Shown: piece by piece, positions 9,854 to 20,404 of the stretch
How positions within the stretch are numbered: the stretch's first letter is position 1
Layout of the letters: each line of letters opens with the position of its first letter
Assembly (NCBI GenBank): GCA_963976765.1
Contig: CAXBME010000009.1
Coordinates: 186,001 to 250,000, forward strand
From: an uncultured Planctomycetaceae bacterium
GTDB taxonomy: Bacteria; Planctomycetota; Planctomycetia; Planctomycetales; Planctomycetaceae
DNA: 64,000 nucleotides
Direction: 5' to 3'
Position numbers and translations under genes: made by a program
The notes under the pieces: model-generated
Database searches by the model: none
Seen by the model: only the letters and a program-made list of their open reading frames with translations
What the model was told of the DNA's origin: nothing

Positions 9854-10390
9854 TTATGCCGACACCGCCGCGAATTTCTGGCTTCGCCACACCGGCAGGG
9901 GTACAGCAGATGGCTGTGGCTTTTCAGCCTGACGAAGGCGGAAACGTAGATTATCCAGCAAGCGTGAAAGAACTCCCTGATACTCGATGACGGTCGAAAC
10001 GCCGGAAAACTTCCGCCAATGATCCTGCGCATAGGGGAGTTTCGGCATGTAAAGCCACGTCAAGCATTCGGGCGACTGCATGTGGAGTTTTGCACTGATC
10101 AGCCACGCACTCTCCTGAGGCATGCTGCCACTGATCAGAACAAGATCCGGTCGCGTCCGAGAAGCAGTGTTTGACGTGTCGGCGGCGCATTCGACTCGGA
10201 TCACATGGACGCCGAAACTTTCGAACAGCGTTTTCAATGAAGCAAATACTTCATCCCGGAACTCGACAATGAGCACGCGACGCCAGGGAAGTCGCGGGCC
10301 GTCATGACTCCGGCCGGGTGCTTCAGTAGCTGCGGCACATGAACGGACGAAGCCAGCAAAAACGTGTAGTTGTGATTGAAATGTGGACAT
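9854..10390 (-). CDS. Degenerate receiver (REC)-like domain protein
   Basis: RRVLIVEFRD...PDLVLISGSMPQESAW; phospho-acceptor Asp appears replaced by Ser; AAGGA RBS before ATG 10390. Confidence 0.6.
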   Translation of the reverse strand: MSTFQSQLHVFAGFVRSCAAATEAPGRSHDGPRLPWRRVLIVEFRDEVFASLKTLFESFGVHVIRVECAADTSNTASRTRPDLVLISGSMPQESAWLISAKLHMQSPECLTWLYMPKLPYAQDHWRKFSGVSTVIEYQGVLSRLLDNLRFRLRQAEKPQPSAVPLPVWRSQKFAAVSA

Positions 10391-10653
10391 GGTGAATTCC
10401 TTTAGAGTCTTTCTGCGAAACATACGCGTACTTTGCGCGCATCATTCGGTGAGGTCTACGGACACTCTTTGGTTGTGGCAGACCAGCCACGCTGGGGAAC
10501 TGCGCAAATTGATAGCGCGAGGTCGATGAAGAGGGCGGCCGTACGAGAATCTGTGTGCGTTCCGAGTCCCTTCAGAAGCACATCGGACGCGGGCCGCAAA
10601 ATGGACTGTGACAGCAGGACAGTCCGGCCTGACAATCGGAGCATGTCAGGCAA

Positions 10654-11205
10654 TCATCGAGTCAGGCGCGAAAGGAGCACGCAACGTTCCAGCGCAGTCA
10701 ATGGCTGGCGGACGCGAGGAATGGCATTCAAAACCGGAACACGAGATGGCGCCGCGGCCAGAAACTCGGACGCTGTCGAATACTCAGACAGCACCTGACT
10801 GCGCCACCCATCACCAGTTTCCAGATATGCTTGAATCGTGGTCTGGTGCGAATGCTCACAGCAGCAACCGGACTCGTCAGCGGCAACCAGACTCGCCGGA
10901 AGCAACGAAGAGCAGCACGACACATGTTCGCCGGAATGATCGCCCGCCTGGCCAGAGCAGCAGCCTGCTCCTGAAGAATCAGATTCCGAACTGTAAGACG
11001 ACGAACAGCACTGGCACGGGTCACCAGCCTCACAGCAGGAAGAGCCCGGTAGCGTCGAGACGAGGATCATCAAAACCAGCACGCTGTGCAGAGCACGCGT
11101 TACCTGATGTCGAATGATCTGTCGTCTTGTGCCAGTCACAATTCCACGTCCTGTGTGGTGAGAAGAGTTCACAATGCTGACCGTCATTATCGACTGAGAA
11201 GTCAA
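10654..11205 (-). CDS. Cys-rich putative exported metal-binding protein (start uncertain)
   Basis: Hydrophobic helix followed by CC, CQCC, CC, CC, CCC clusters (13 Cys in total). Confidence 0.55.
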   Translation of the reverse strand: MTSQSIMTVSIVNSSHHTGRGIVTGTRRQIIRHQVTRALHSVLVLMILVSTLPGSSCCEAGDPCQCCSSSYSSESDSSGAGCCSGQAGDHSGEHVSCCSSLLPASLVAADESGCCCEHSHQTTIQAYLETGDGWRSQVLSEYSTASEFLAAAPSRVPVLNAIPRVRQPLTALERCVLLSRLTR

Positions 11206-11368
11206 CGCGACTTCAAGACAATCAGCCGCAGATCACACAACGTTTGTCAGAGCCAGCGGATATATCCATAAGCCTTACCAACCCGTCAAGATTGATTTTC
11301 AAACCCGCCCATCCATCAGACTGACACCAGGAATCGCATGGTTCCTGGGCGATCGCGTCACACTTCTG

Positions 11369-11382
11369 GGGCTAATTCGCCC
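11369..11382. promoter_or_regulatory. Island palindrome (one mismatch)
   Basis: GGGCTAATTCGCCC about 210 bp upstream of a sigma54 promoter. Confidence 0.55.
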
Positions 11383-11591
11383 CGTCGTGTTCACTCGCTG
11401 CGAGAAATGCCACGTGAGAGAAGAATCGCTTGAAAGGATTCAGTGGAAACAGCGCACGCATTCAAATGCAACGCTAACCATGAACAAGGCAGGGCGTCAC
11501 AGGATGCACCAGCTCTGTCGTGTCTTAGCCGGTTCCCGTCAAGGGAAGCGGATTTTCGACATGGGCGTTGCTGACGCAGTTCGCTTTCAGC

Positions 11592-11606
11592 TGGCACGAC
11601 TTGTGC
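11592..11606 (+). promoter_or_regulatory. sigma54 -24/-12 promoter
   Basis: TGGCACGACTTGTGC, GG-N10-GC, 80 bp before ATG 11687. Confidence 0.65.
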
Positions 11607-11686
11607 TTAACAGACTGGCCGAGTGTCGCGGTTGGCGACACAGACATCACACTGAGACCTTTAATTCATGCCAGGGAGGGCCGATC

Positions 11687-12433
11687 ATGTTTCGATCAGC
11701 ACGTTTCACCATCGTCGCGGTTATTTCGATCTTTGCAGCCGGTACCGCTTTGGAAAGCCTCTCAGCCGAAGATCTGAAAGCATCCGCGGCTGCGAATTCC
11801 GCCGCCCAGGCAGCACGAAAGACGACGTCGCTGGCCGAGGGTCTGACATTGCGGTTCAACTCGGCAGTGAAAGCGTTCGAAGACGGACGAATGATCGCGG
11901 CGGAACTCGACATCCGAGCTGCCGCGACCCTCGTTGAGCAGGAAGCAAAAAAGGCGACCGGGGAAAGTCATAAACGGCTGAAAGCGACTGCCGACACATT
12001 GACTCAGATTGCAGAGCAAATCAGAAACAGCACTCTGACGTCGGAGAGACAGTTGCGTGAATCGCTGGCCAACGTCCATTTCAGCATGGCGGTTCATCAC
12101 ACGACCGAATGTCGGCACTGTCTTAAGGACACGGACACCCGGCAGCCGGCGATGCGCAGTCGTTTGGCGGTCGGTCTTGACTCCGGGCTGCTCCATTTTG
12201 AGGAAGCGACGAAACTGGCTGGTCGAAAGCTCAACAAGGCAACTCGACACGGATTGATGCAGTCGCGAGACACCGTGGAACTGATTGCCGAGGGATCGCG
12301 AGACACTGTCGCGGATACCGGGCGAGCGGTGTCGTGGCTGACGCGAGAACTGAAGGACATGGTTCGCAATGGGCGGATCGGTATCGGAAATGCTTTCGAA
12401 GAGAATGACCTTGTTCCTTCACTCAATCGTTAG
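11687..12433 (+). CDS. Secreted alpha-helical protein of unknown function
   Basis: GGGAGG RBS before ATG 11687; signal peptide MFRSARFTIVAVISIFAAG. Confidence 0.65.
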   Translation: MFRSARFTIVAVISIFAAGTALESLSAEDLKASAAANSAAQAARKTTSLAEGLTLRFNSAVKAFEDGRMIAAELDIRAAATLVEQEAKKATGESHKRLKATADTLTQIAEQIRNSTLTSERQLRESLANVHFSMAVHHTTECRHCLKDTDTRQPAMRSRLAVGLDSGLLHFEEATKLAGRKLNKATRHGLMQSRDTVELIAEGSRDTVADTGRAVSWLTRELKDMVRNGRIGIGNAFEENDLVPSLNR

Positions 12434-12512
12434 ATTGAGCGAAATTGACACTGACCAGCGTGGCAGGTTTAGTACAGGTGAGCCGAACTCGCCGTCTGCG
12501 TAAGGAACTGCG

Positions 12513-14225
12513 ATGACTCGTAACACCGAACGTTCCATCGCCTATTTCTCAATGGAGATTGCGCTCTCGCCGGACATCCCGACGTACAGTGGCGGCCTGG
12601 GCGTTCTGGCTGGCGACACAATTCGTTCTGCCGCCGACCTGTCCGTGCCGATGATCGCGGTCACGCTGCTTCATCGTCGAGGGTATTTCACCCAACAACT
12701 CGATCGTTCGGGCGGCCAGACGGAACTGCCGGTCGAATGGAACGTGAGTGAGTTTCTTGAGGAGTTGCCGGCGCGGGCCACAGTGACGATCGAAGGCCGT
12801 ACGGTTCACGTTCGAGCCTGGAAGTTTCGTGTCGATGGCTCAGGCGGCAGTTTCGTTCCCGTCATTCTACTCGACACAGATCTCCCGGAGAACTCGCCAG
12901 AAGACCGGCACCTGACGGACTGTCTCTATGGAGGTGACACGACTTACCGTCTGTGTCAGGAAGTCATTCTTGGCATTGGTGGAATCCGGATGTTGCGGCA
13001 ACTGGGATTCGGCGAGATCCAACGATTTCATATGAATGAAGGTCATTCGAGTCTGCTGACACTCGAATTGCTGGACGAGTCCGCTGCGCGGCACGGGCGC
13101 AGTGCTGCCAACCTGGAAGATGTGGATGTCGTACGAAGCCAGTGTGTGTTCACGACCCACACCCCCGTGCCTGCGGGACACGACCAGTTCCCGATGGATC
13201 TCGTCGGGCGCATTCTGGGGAACCGCGATGTGTACAGCATGCATTCGGTGTTCTGTTGCGAAGGCGTGCTCAATCTGACCTTCCTCGCGATGAACCTCAG
13301 CCATTACATCAATGGAGTCGCGAAGCGACATGGTGAGGTGTCGAGAGGCATGTTTGCCCGATACCAGATTGACTCAATTACAAATGGCGTGCATGCGGCA
13401 ACCTGGGCGTCTGACCCGCTGCTGCACCTCTTCGACCGTCACATTCCAGGCTGGCGTGCGGACAACTTCAGTCTGCGGTACGCACTCGGGATTCCGGCAG
13501 GCGAGATCCGCAACGCCCACGCTGCAGCGAAGACAGAATTGCTTCAGCACGTTGGGCAACTGACAGGAGTCGAACTCGACGGAGACGTCTTTACAATCGG
13601 GTTCGCTCGCCGGGCGACCGCCTATAAGCGGCCCGACCTGCTGTTTCATGACCTGAACCGACTGAGACACATTGCGGAACGTACTGGCCCGTTGCAGGTG
13701 ATCTACGCGGGCAAAGCTCATCCGCATGATGAAACGGGCAAGCAACTGATTCGCCGTGTGTTTGACGCGGCCAATGCACTGGGTGACTGCATCCAAATCG
13801 TCTACCTGCCCGACTACGGCATGCAGCTCGGACGGCTCATGACGTCCGGCGTGGACCTCTGGCTGAACACGCCAGAGCCGCCCCTGGAAGCCTCCGGCAC
13901 GAGCGGTATGAAAGCCGCCGTCAATGGAGTTCCGTCGCTGAGTATTCTGGACGGCTGGTGGATTGAAGGCTGCATCGAAGGTGTCACCGGCTGGGCCATC
14001 GGCGAAGACGGACACTCTGAGCAGCCGTCCGACGAGCGACCGTCCGATCGTGAGCGGGATGCCGCGTCACTCTACGACAAGCTCGAAGACTCCATCCTGC
14101 CGTTGTTTCTGAATGATGTCAGTGGATACGTCGATGTCATGCGGCACGCCATCGCGCTCAATGGTTCGTTTTTCAATACACAGCGAATGATGCAACAGTA
14201 CGTGCTCCGAGCGTATTTCTCGTAA
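12513..14225 (+). CDS. glgP: Alpha-glucan (glycogen/maltodextrin) phosphorylase
   Basis: [38 protein letters not shown] site [10 protein letters not shown]. Confidence 0.95.
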   Translation: MTRNTERSIAYFSMEIALSPDIPTYSGGLGVLAGDTIRSAADLSVPMIAVTLLHRRGYFTQQLDRSGGQTELPVEWNVSEFLEELPARATVTIEGRTVHVRAWKFRVDGSGGSFVPVILLDTDLPENSPEDRHLTDCLYGGDTTYRLCQEVILGIGGIRMLRQLGFGEIQRFHMNEGHSSLLTLELLDESAARHGRSAANLEDVDVVRSQCVFTTHTPVPAGHDQFPMDLVGRILGNRDVYSMHSVFCCEGVLNLTFLAMNLSHYINGVAKRHGEVSRGMFARYQIDSITNGVHAATWASDPLLHLFDRHIPGWRADNFSLRYALGIPAGEIRNAHAAAKTELLQHVGQLTGVELDGDVFTIGFARRATAYKRPDLLFHDLNRLRHIAERTGPLQVIYAGKAHPHDETGKQLIRRVFDAANALGDCIQIVYLPDYGMQLGRLMTSGVDLWLNTPEPPLEASGTSGMKAAVNGVPSLSILDGWWIEGCIEGVTGWAIGEDGHSEQPSDERPSDRERDAASLYDKLEDSILPLFLNDVSGYVDVMRHAIALNGSFFNTQRMMQQYVLRAYFS

Positions 14226-14313
14226 TTCGCGGCGATTAGGCTCACACTCGCGGACCAATCTCAGACGAGATATCAATTGCCTGATACGAAGCCGTCACGC
14301 AGGTCGGAGCCTC

Positions 14314-15027
14314 ATGAATCACACTCATCCAGAATGCCAGTCCGCTGATCCTGAGCAGATAGGTGCCCACGATCTGCTGTTTGGGAAATTCTCGCTGCTG
14401 CTGATTTCACTGGCTGTGTTACTGGCTGCCGCATCGTTTTCTGACGGTGGAACGACCTCGCGAATACTGTTCTGCCTGCTGCTGACCGGCATACTCCTTG
14501 TCGCGTCAGTGACTGTTTGCCGCCGGCATCATAACCTGGTCCCCGGTCTCGCTCTGGCGATCCCTACCGTCGTCATGAACTGGGTTGCCGTGTTCTCGGA
14601 GCATCAGCTCGCCCATGTGCTCCACAACGTGCTGGTCATGACTTTCTTCGCGTTTGTCGGCTTTCACGTGCTGTATGCGGTCCTCAATGACCGACGTGTG
14701 ACACTGGACACAATTCGCGGAGCAGTCTGTGTTTACGTGCTTGCCGGAATCGGTTGGGCGTACCTTTACGAAACGCTGCTGTCTGTCGATGCAGACTCGC
14801 TCCGGTTTCCGTCAAGTTCAGCGATGGTCGAAGAAAGCCGCAACGCATCCCTGGCAGACACGGCGTATTTCTCATTCGTGACACTCTCAACTCTGGGCTA
14901 CGGCGACATGGTGCCGCAAACTCGGCCGGCAAAGCTCGCTACGTGTTTCGAGGCGGTGTTTGGCCAATTCTACCTGGCCGTACTCGTCGCGAGGCTCGTC
15001 TCGCTCCATCTGAAATCGGATGATTGA
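14314..15027 (+). CDS. Potassium channel family protein
   Basis: Pore signature YFSFVTLSTLGYGDMVP; multiple TM helices. Confidence 0.9.
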   Translation: MNHTHPECQSADPEQIGAHDLLFGKFSLLLISLAVLLAAASFSDGGTTSRILFCLLLTGILLVASVTVCRRHHNLVPGLALAIPTVVMNWVAVFSEHQLAHVLHNVLVMTFFAFVGFHVLYAVLNDRRVTLDTIRGAVCVYVLAGIGWAYLYETLLSVDADSLRFPSSSAMVEESRNASLADTAYFSFVTLSTLGYGDMVPQTRPAKLATCFEAVFGQFYLAVLVARLVSLHLKSDD

Positions 15028-15088
15028 ACTATCGGTCGAGACTCAACCACGAGATTTCGCCCAAATATAGAATCCGCGGATTGGTCCG

Positions 15089-16474
15089 TCAGATGTCTAT
15101 CTTCTGATTCGCCTGGGCAACCTCCGCGTTACAGCCTCGTTCGCGCAGCGTGTTGCAGAAAGCGTCGGAGGATTCAGGCTCGCCGTGCACCAGATAGATG
15201 CGTTCCGGCGGGCGAATGAACCCGTCGACCCAGCGGAGCAGTTCGCTTCGATCGGCATGAGCCGAGAGTCCGTGGATTTGCTCGATGTGTGCATTGACCG
15301 GGATTTCCCGTCCAAACATTCGCACCATCCTTACGCCGTCCTGCAGTGATCGACCGCGTGTACCAATGGCCTGAAACCCGACGAGCAGAACCGTCGTCTT
15401 CTTATTCGGCAATCGCCGCTCCAGGTGATGCACGACGCGTCCGTTCGTGGCCATGCCACTTGCTGAAATGATAATGAGTGGCCCCTTCTTGTGGTTCAGG
15501 GCCTTCGATTCTGCAGGTGATCGTGTGAACGTCGGCGGCCGACAGCAGAGCGGACAGCGATGCTCATCCATCAGCAGCTTCATATCGATGTCGTGATCCT
15601 CTGGATGTCGGCAAAACACTTCGGTCGCGCTGGTTGCCATGGGGCTGTCGACATAGATCGGAAGTTTCGGAATGCGGCCTGCTTCTTCGAGTTCGTTCAG
15701 GTACCACAACAACTCCTGAGTCCGGCCGACCGCAAACGCGGGGATGAGAATCGCTCCTTTCCGACCTGCCGCCTCGTTGACGATTCGCGCCAGTTCGTTG
15801 CGAGCATTTTCCAGAGGATGGTCGCGATTTCCGTAAGTTGACTCCATCACTAACACATCGGCATCAAGCGCAAGTTCCGGATCCCGCAGCATCGGTCGCC
15901 CCCAGCGACCAAGGTCACCAGAGAAGACCAGTTTCTTTGGACGGTCTCCAATCTGCAGTTCCACCGTCGCCGAACCCAGGATGTGACCGGCCCGACGCAG
16001 CAGCACCTGGACCTCATCAGTCACCGGAAACAGTTCTCCGTACGTCCGCGTCTTGAGCAACTGCAGCGCCTGCTGCGCGTCGCGGGCTGTGTAGAGCGGC
16101 TCCGCGGGGTGATGCTTCGAGAAACCCTTGCGATTCGCATAGGCCGCCTGCTCTTCCTGAATGTGAGCGGAATCCGGCAACAGAATCTGCAACAGCGACT
16201 TCGTCCCTGGAGTACAGTAAACCGGACCGCGAAATCCCTTGCGCACCAGCAGTGGTAGATAGCCCGTGTGGTCGATATGGGCATGACTGAGCACGACGGC
16301 ATCCAGCGTCGACGGTTCCACAGGAAAGTGGTTCCAGTTCCGCTGCCGCAGTTCCTTCAGTCCCTGAAACAGTCCGCAGTCCAACAGAACTTTGCGGTGA
16401 CCGATCTGCAGCAGGTGTTTCGATCCTGTGACGGTTCCGGCTGCACCAAGAAATTGAAGTGTGGCTGTCGTCAT
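15089..16474 (-). CDS. MBL-fold beta-CASP ribonuclease (Ysh1-like)
   Basis: FLGAAGTVTGS, SHAHIDHTG, AGHILGS, SGDLG, MESTYG, SAHAD, LVHGE. Confidence 0.92.
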   Translation of the reverse strand: MTTATLQFLGAAGTVTGSKHLLQIGHRKVLLDCGLFQGLKELRQRNWNHFPVEPSTLDAVVLSHAHIDHTGYLPLLVRKGFRGPVYCTPGTKSLLQILLPDSAHIQEEQAAYANRKGFSKHHPAEPLYTARDAQQALQLLKTRTYGELFPVTDEVQVLLRRAGHILGSATVELQIGDRPKKLVFSGDLGRWGRPMLRDPELALDADVLVMESTYGNRDHPLENARNELARIVNEAAGRKGAILIPAFAVGRTQELLWYLNELEEAGRIPKLPIYVDSPMATSATEVFCRHPEDHDIDMKLLMDEHRCPLCCRPPTFTRSPAESKALNHKKGPLIIISASGMATNGRVVHHLERRLPNKKTTVLLVGFQAIGTRGRSLQDGVRMVRMFGREIPVNAHIEQIHGLSAHADRSELLRWVDGFIRPPERIYLVHGEPESSDAFCNTLRERGCNAEVAQANQKIDI

Positions 16475-16543
16475 GTGGGAGCCCCTTTCTGCAGTTACAT
16501 CACTACCCAGAATCACAATCCGGCACGCACGAACAACCGCTAC

Positions 16544-17347
16544 TTAGTGGTGCTTGTACCAGCCGGCTCCGAGGATATCGTTCCAGGACGTGGTCTGATG
16601 GCATTGCTGGCACTGGTGGACTTTCGCGTGCGGCTTCCCGGCGACTTTCGCAGAGATCATGTTGAAGTGCATCATGTAATGACTTGGCGGTGCCTGGTGG
16701 CACTGCGCACAGTCAGTCGATGACGGCGATGGATGCTGAAATTCCGGAATCGTCCAGCGATCAGTCGCGTGGCACTGAGCGCAGTCATTCCCGAAGAGCG
16801 TGAAATGACGATCGTCATTCAGGTGACATGTCGCGCAGTTCAATACCAGTTCGTCGGATGTGATGTGCGCGTGCGGCAGGCTGTTTTCCAGTGGTGCGCC
16901 TCGCAGCCAGTCCTTCAAACTCGCTGAAGTCAGACGGGATTCGGTGTCCGGCGAGTCATCGGCCGTCAGTTGCCGGAGCCCGATTCGCACGAGCGCGGAA
17001 TGATCCATGTTTGTGGGTCGCTCACCGGGACCACGGTGCTCCAGGTGACATTCCGTGCAACTGCTGACACTCGCGTGAAACGACGTTGGCTGGCGCTGCA
17101 GAATCGATTCATCATTCGCGTGGCAGACGATGCACTTTGCCGTCTCGACGCCCGTCACCGACGTGTGACAGGCAGCGCAATTGTTCTCCAGATGCGCATG
17201 CGCGGACGACAGTCGGCCGGGTTCAGTCAGACGCTGCCACGTGGACGGCTGTTTGAAACTCGAATCCGCCGGAGAAAGCCACCAGCCGGCAACGAGTGCC
17301 AGAGCGACACATCCCGTCACGACAAGTTGTTTCGTTCGTCGGGTCAT
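16544..17347 (-). CDS. Multiheme cytochrome c (7 CxxCH)
   Basis: CAACH, CIVCH, CTECH, CATCH, CAQCH, CAQCH, CQQCH; N-terminal TM/signal. Confidence 0.9.
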   Translation of the reverse strand: MTRRTKQLVVTGCVALALVAGWWLSPADSSFKQPSTWQRLTEPGRLSSAHAHLENNCAACHTSVTGVETAKCIVCHANDESILQRQPTSFHASVSSCTECHLEHRGPGERPTNMDHSALVRIGLRQLTADDSPDTESRLTSASLKDWLRGAPLENSLPHAHITSDELVLNCATCHLNDDRHFTLFGNDCAQCHATDRWTIPEFQHPSPSSTDCAQCHQAPPSHYMMHFNMISAKVAGKPHAKVHQCQQCHQTTSWNDILGAGWYKHH

Positions 17348-17350
17348 TGT

Positions 17351-17430
17351 TCAGTCCAGTGTCCAGTGCTGAGAGTCCAGAGAAGTGGAAAGCCGTGGGC
17401 TCTCGACTCTGGACACTCGACCCTCGACTC
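17351..17430. repeat. Inverted arrays of 7-nt tandem repeats
   Basis: AGTCCAG TGTCCAG TGCTGAG AGTCCAG ... CTCGACT CTGGACA CTCGACC CTCGACT filling the intergenic spacer. Confidence 0.75.
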
Positions 17431-18202
17431 AATCAAACCAGCGGAGTCCGAAGTGAATCGCCGCCCAGATGTGCAATGCCATCAGTCCGTAGAGCACGAC
17501 TGAGATCCAGATGTGGAAATTCAGCCATTTTCCAAACCACGTCTTGAATTCTTCATGCGTTTTGATCGCGTATTCGACATCGGCGATCGATTCGGAGAGA
17601 CGGAGCAGCGTTGCCGCGTCGGACATCGCGGATTGCGAGCCAGCGGTGACTGTCGCACTTTCGTGGACGAACAGACCAGCCAGCAGCCGACTGAAGAATC
17701 CGGAAAATGGTCGCAGCAGGCGAGCGTGTTGCGGGTCAACAGACAGTTCATCGGCCGCCTGTTGATAGGATGTCTGCAGCGTGGTGAGCATGGCCTTTTT
17801 CTCGCGGATCTCCTGAGAGAACTGGTTCATCAGGTAGCGGCCCACAAAACCGCTGATCACAACCAGCAGCGTCATTGCGATCAGCGCGATTCCCAGCGGA
17901 CTTTCGTATTTGTGGCCACTGTGAATCACGACCAGAACCGGCCCCAGCACGCCGGCATATATATGCCAGGCCAGCAGCGTCCGCATTGAAACCCACTTCG
18001 AGACATACTTCTTCAAACGCTTGTTGCGTTTTACCACCATGTAGGCGAGCGGAACGAGCATCAACACTGCGCCGACCACTCCCAGAATGCCACCCCACAA
18101 ACTGCCCGCAAAGCGTGGAGACTGGTGAAAGGGAAACCCCAGCCAGAGCACGAGCATCAGGACGACGAGGCCACTGATAATCAGGCGTTCTTTCTCTTTC
18201 AC
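17429..18202 (-). CDS. Membrane cytochrome b / ferric-reductase-like protein
   Basis: TM helices with candidate heme ligands WHIYAG, IHSGH, FHIW, LHIW; sits between FNR and multiheme cytochrome genes. Confidence 0.75.
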   Translation of the reverse strand: MKEKERLIISGLVVLMLVLWLGFPFHQSPRFAGSLWGGILGVVGAVLMLVPLAYMVVKRNKRLKKYVSKWVSMRTLLAWHIYAGVLGPVLVVIHSGHKYESPLGIALIAMTLLVVISGFVGRYLMNQFSQEIREKKAMLTTLQTSYQQAADELSVDPQHARLLRPFSGFFSRLLAGLFVHESATVTAGSQSAMSDAATLLRLSESIADVEYAIKTHEEFKTWFGKWLNFHIWISVVLYGLMALHIWAAIHFGLRWFD

Positions 18203-18203
18203 G

Positions 18204-20339
18204 TCAGGCCTCCACCGTCACATCGCCGGTCGACTTCGCCTGACAGGCCAGAATCATCCCGGCGGCTTTGTCCTCCGGTTCCAGACCGTCTTCGATTTCC
18301 ATCGCCACGTCGCCGGACAACAGTTTGACAGTGCAGACTCCACACATACCGACTCGGCATGAGTTGTCGATATCGACACCTGCCCGGTCTGCAGCATCCA
18401 GTACGGTGTCATCGGGATCGAGTGTTGCTGTCTTTCCGGACGTCTGAAACGTGACCGTGGCCGCCGTAGACTTTTCGGATTGAGTCGGTACTTCCGCCTC
18501 AGCCTCTTCGCGCTGCAAGGCTTTCACATGCGGTTTATGCTGCGAACCGAAATTCTCGGTATGAATGTGGTCAGTCGGTACGTCGACCTCCGCCAGCATC
18601 TGCTTGACGGCATCCATCATGGGCGGCGCGCCGCACAGGTGAATCCAATGTGCCGCGATGTCCGGGACCCACTCGACCAGCAGTTCTTTCGTCAGCCGTC
18701 CTCGTGTATAGCCGTTCGCGTCCTGATCGTCCTGAAGGCGGCTCATGGCCACATGCACATGCAGGTTCGAGTGGCGTTGCTGCAGAGATCTCAATTCGTC
18801 GGCAAAGATGAAATGCTCGGGATCCTGGCATCCGGCAATAAAGTGAATGTTGCCTGACCACCCCATATCCGTAAGGGCACGCGTGATGCTCATCATCGGA
18901 GTGATACCGACTCCGCCAGCGATCAGAACGACGCTATCCGATTCCTGCCCGGTGAAGGTGAATTTACCGCTCGGAGCCTGGACCTCCAGCATGTCTCCTT
19001 CGGTCAACACGTCGTGGAGGTAGCGAGAGCCCGCTCCCTGTTCTTCGCGTTTGACGGTGATTTCACAGTAGTAACCCTGCGTCGGTGATGACGAGATCGT
19101 GTAACTGCGGCGAATCGGTTTGTCACCAACCGGAAGCGTCAGAGTGAGGAACTGGCCGGGCAGATAGCTGAACGGCAATGCTCCGCCATGACAGGCCACC
19201 AGACGAAAGGTCTTGACGTCAGAGGTTTCCTGATATGTTCGCGCGACACGCAGACGGCACAGTTTGCGTTTCGCCACGCGGAGCAGACCCTGCGAGATGC
19301 CCGCGTCGTCAGACGATCCCGTCTCGTCCGCACAGGCAACTGCTGAATCGCCGCAGCAGTCGGCCATACCGTTGGAAGCAGTGTCAGCCTTTTCTGCTGC
19401 AGGTGCAGTTGACGCAGAAGTGCTCTTCACCGGCAAGCTGGCCGAAGAAGTCTCGGCTGCATTCCCACCTGTTGATGATGCCGGTTTTCCGGCAGACGGA
19501 GCTGAACCAGTTGCTGTTCCGTCGGCGAGGGCCAGCTTCTGCATCAGCTCAGTAGCCCGTCGCATTTTGAAGAAGTACATCCAGATCATGACGGCTGCGA
19601 AGACGACCAGAACTGCCATCACCAATGTGTGAAAGGCCGACATGCCGAACAGGTGAAACCCGCCAGACGCCGTCGTGGGCGGCAGAAGATTCATTTCCCG
19701 TTTGAACCACTGCAGCGCGACGTTACGCGGTGCTTTGCCCTCGGCGATCGCTCGATGCGCCGCCAGGCCGCTTTCAAAACGAGCCAGACCTTCGCGGAGA
19801 TTCGCTGTGGCCGCCTGCATCGCCGCGAAGTCGTTGCCGGGTGCTGCCGCGGTGAGCTGATCGAACCCGTCGCTCATCAACGCAGTTCCTTCGAGCATTC
19901 GCTGATGCGCTTCGGCTTCGATCTGCGCCCGCTCTTCCATCGGCAGATCAGGCAGGTCCATCAGCCGCGGGTACATCTCTTTCGGCTTCGGGGCTCCCAT
20001 CTTCTCCATCATCCCGCCCATGCCGCCGCCCATCATGCCCCCGCCTTTTCCGCCTCCCATCATGCCGCCGCCACCCATCATCCCGCCGCCGCCTTCCTGT
20101 GTGCCGCCACCCTGGCCGGCTCCAGCCTGTTCGGGATGATGTTTCGCGTGTTCCTCCGGTGACACCTGAGCCCATGCACTTCCCACGGCGACCCAGCACA
20201 CCAGCATCGCGACCAGTACCTCATTGACCACATGGCGTGGAACGAAGCCTCTTTGACCATTCAGCAACGCTGAAGTCGATGACCTGTTCCATGAGGTCGG
20301 CTCGTTACCAGCCTGTCGAATTCTGTTCTCAGCGGTCAT
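18204..20339 (-). CDS. Membrane-anchored FAD/NAD(P)H oxidoreductase with C-terminal 2Fe-2S ferredoxin and His/Met-rich N-terminal domain
   Basis: PGQFL, RSYTISS, GSRYLH, IAGGVGITPM, LCGAPPM, SCRVGMCGVC..LACQ; EEHAKHH and GGGMM runs. Confidence 0.9.
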   Translation of the reverse strand: MTAENRIRQAGNEPTSWNRSSTSALLNGQRGFVPRHVVNEVLVAMLVCWVAVGSAWAQVSPEEHAKHHPEQAGAGQGGGTQEGGGGMMGGGGMMGGGKGGGMMGGGMGGMMEKMGAPKPKEMYPRLMDLPDLPMEERAQIEAEAHQRMLEGTALMSDGFDQLTAAAPGNDFAAMQAATANLREGLARFESGLAAHRAIAEGKAPRNVALQWFKREMNLLPPTTASGGFHLFGMSAFHTLVMAVLVVFAAVMIWMYFFKMRRATELMQKLALADGTATGSAPSAGKPASSTGGNAAETSSASLPVKSTSASTAPAAEKADTASNGMADCCGDSAVACADETGSSDDAGISQGLLRVAKRKLCRLRVARTYQETSDVKTFRLVACHGGALPFSYLPGQFLTLTLPVGDKPIRRSYTISSSPTQGYYCEITVKREEQGAGSRYLHDVLTEGDMLEVQAPSGKFTFTGQESDSVVLIAGGVGITPMMSITRALTDMGWSGNIHFIAGCQDPEHFIFADELRSLQQRHSNLHVHVAMSRLQDDQDANGYTRGRLTKELLVEWVPDIAAHWIHLCGAPPMMDAVKQMLAEVDVPTDHIHTENFGSQHKPHVKALQREEAEAEVPTQSEKSTAATVTFQTSGKTATLDPDDTVLDAADRAGVDIDNSCRVGMCGVCTVKLLSGDVAMEIEDGLEPEDKAAGMILACQAKSTGDVTVEA

Positions 20340-20404
20340 CGGTGCGATCCGGGTGTGAGACTGTTTGTGTCGTTAATCTGTCAGGGTGTGAATTCGACTC
20401 TCAG

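Noticed and set aside
11387..11686. Long N-terminal extensions in the ORF track (also 37096, 39782, 50953, 48564, 23259, 37031)
   Set aside because: Better starts with RBS and signal peptides lie downstream; the extensions overlap regulatory motifs.
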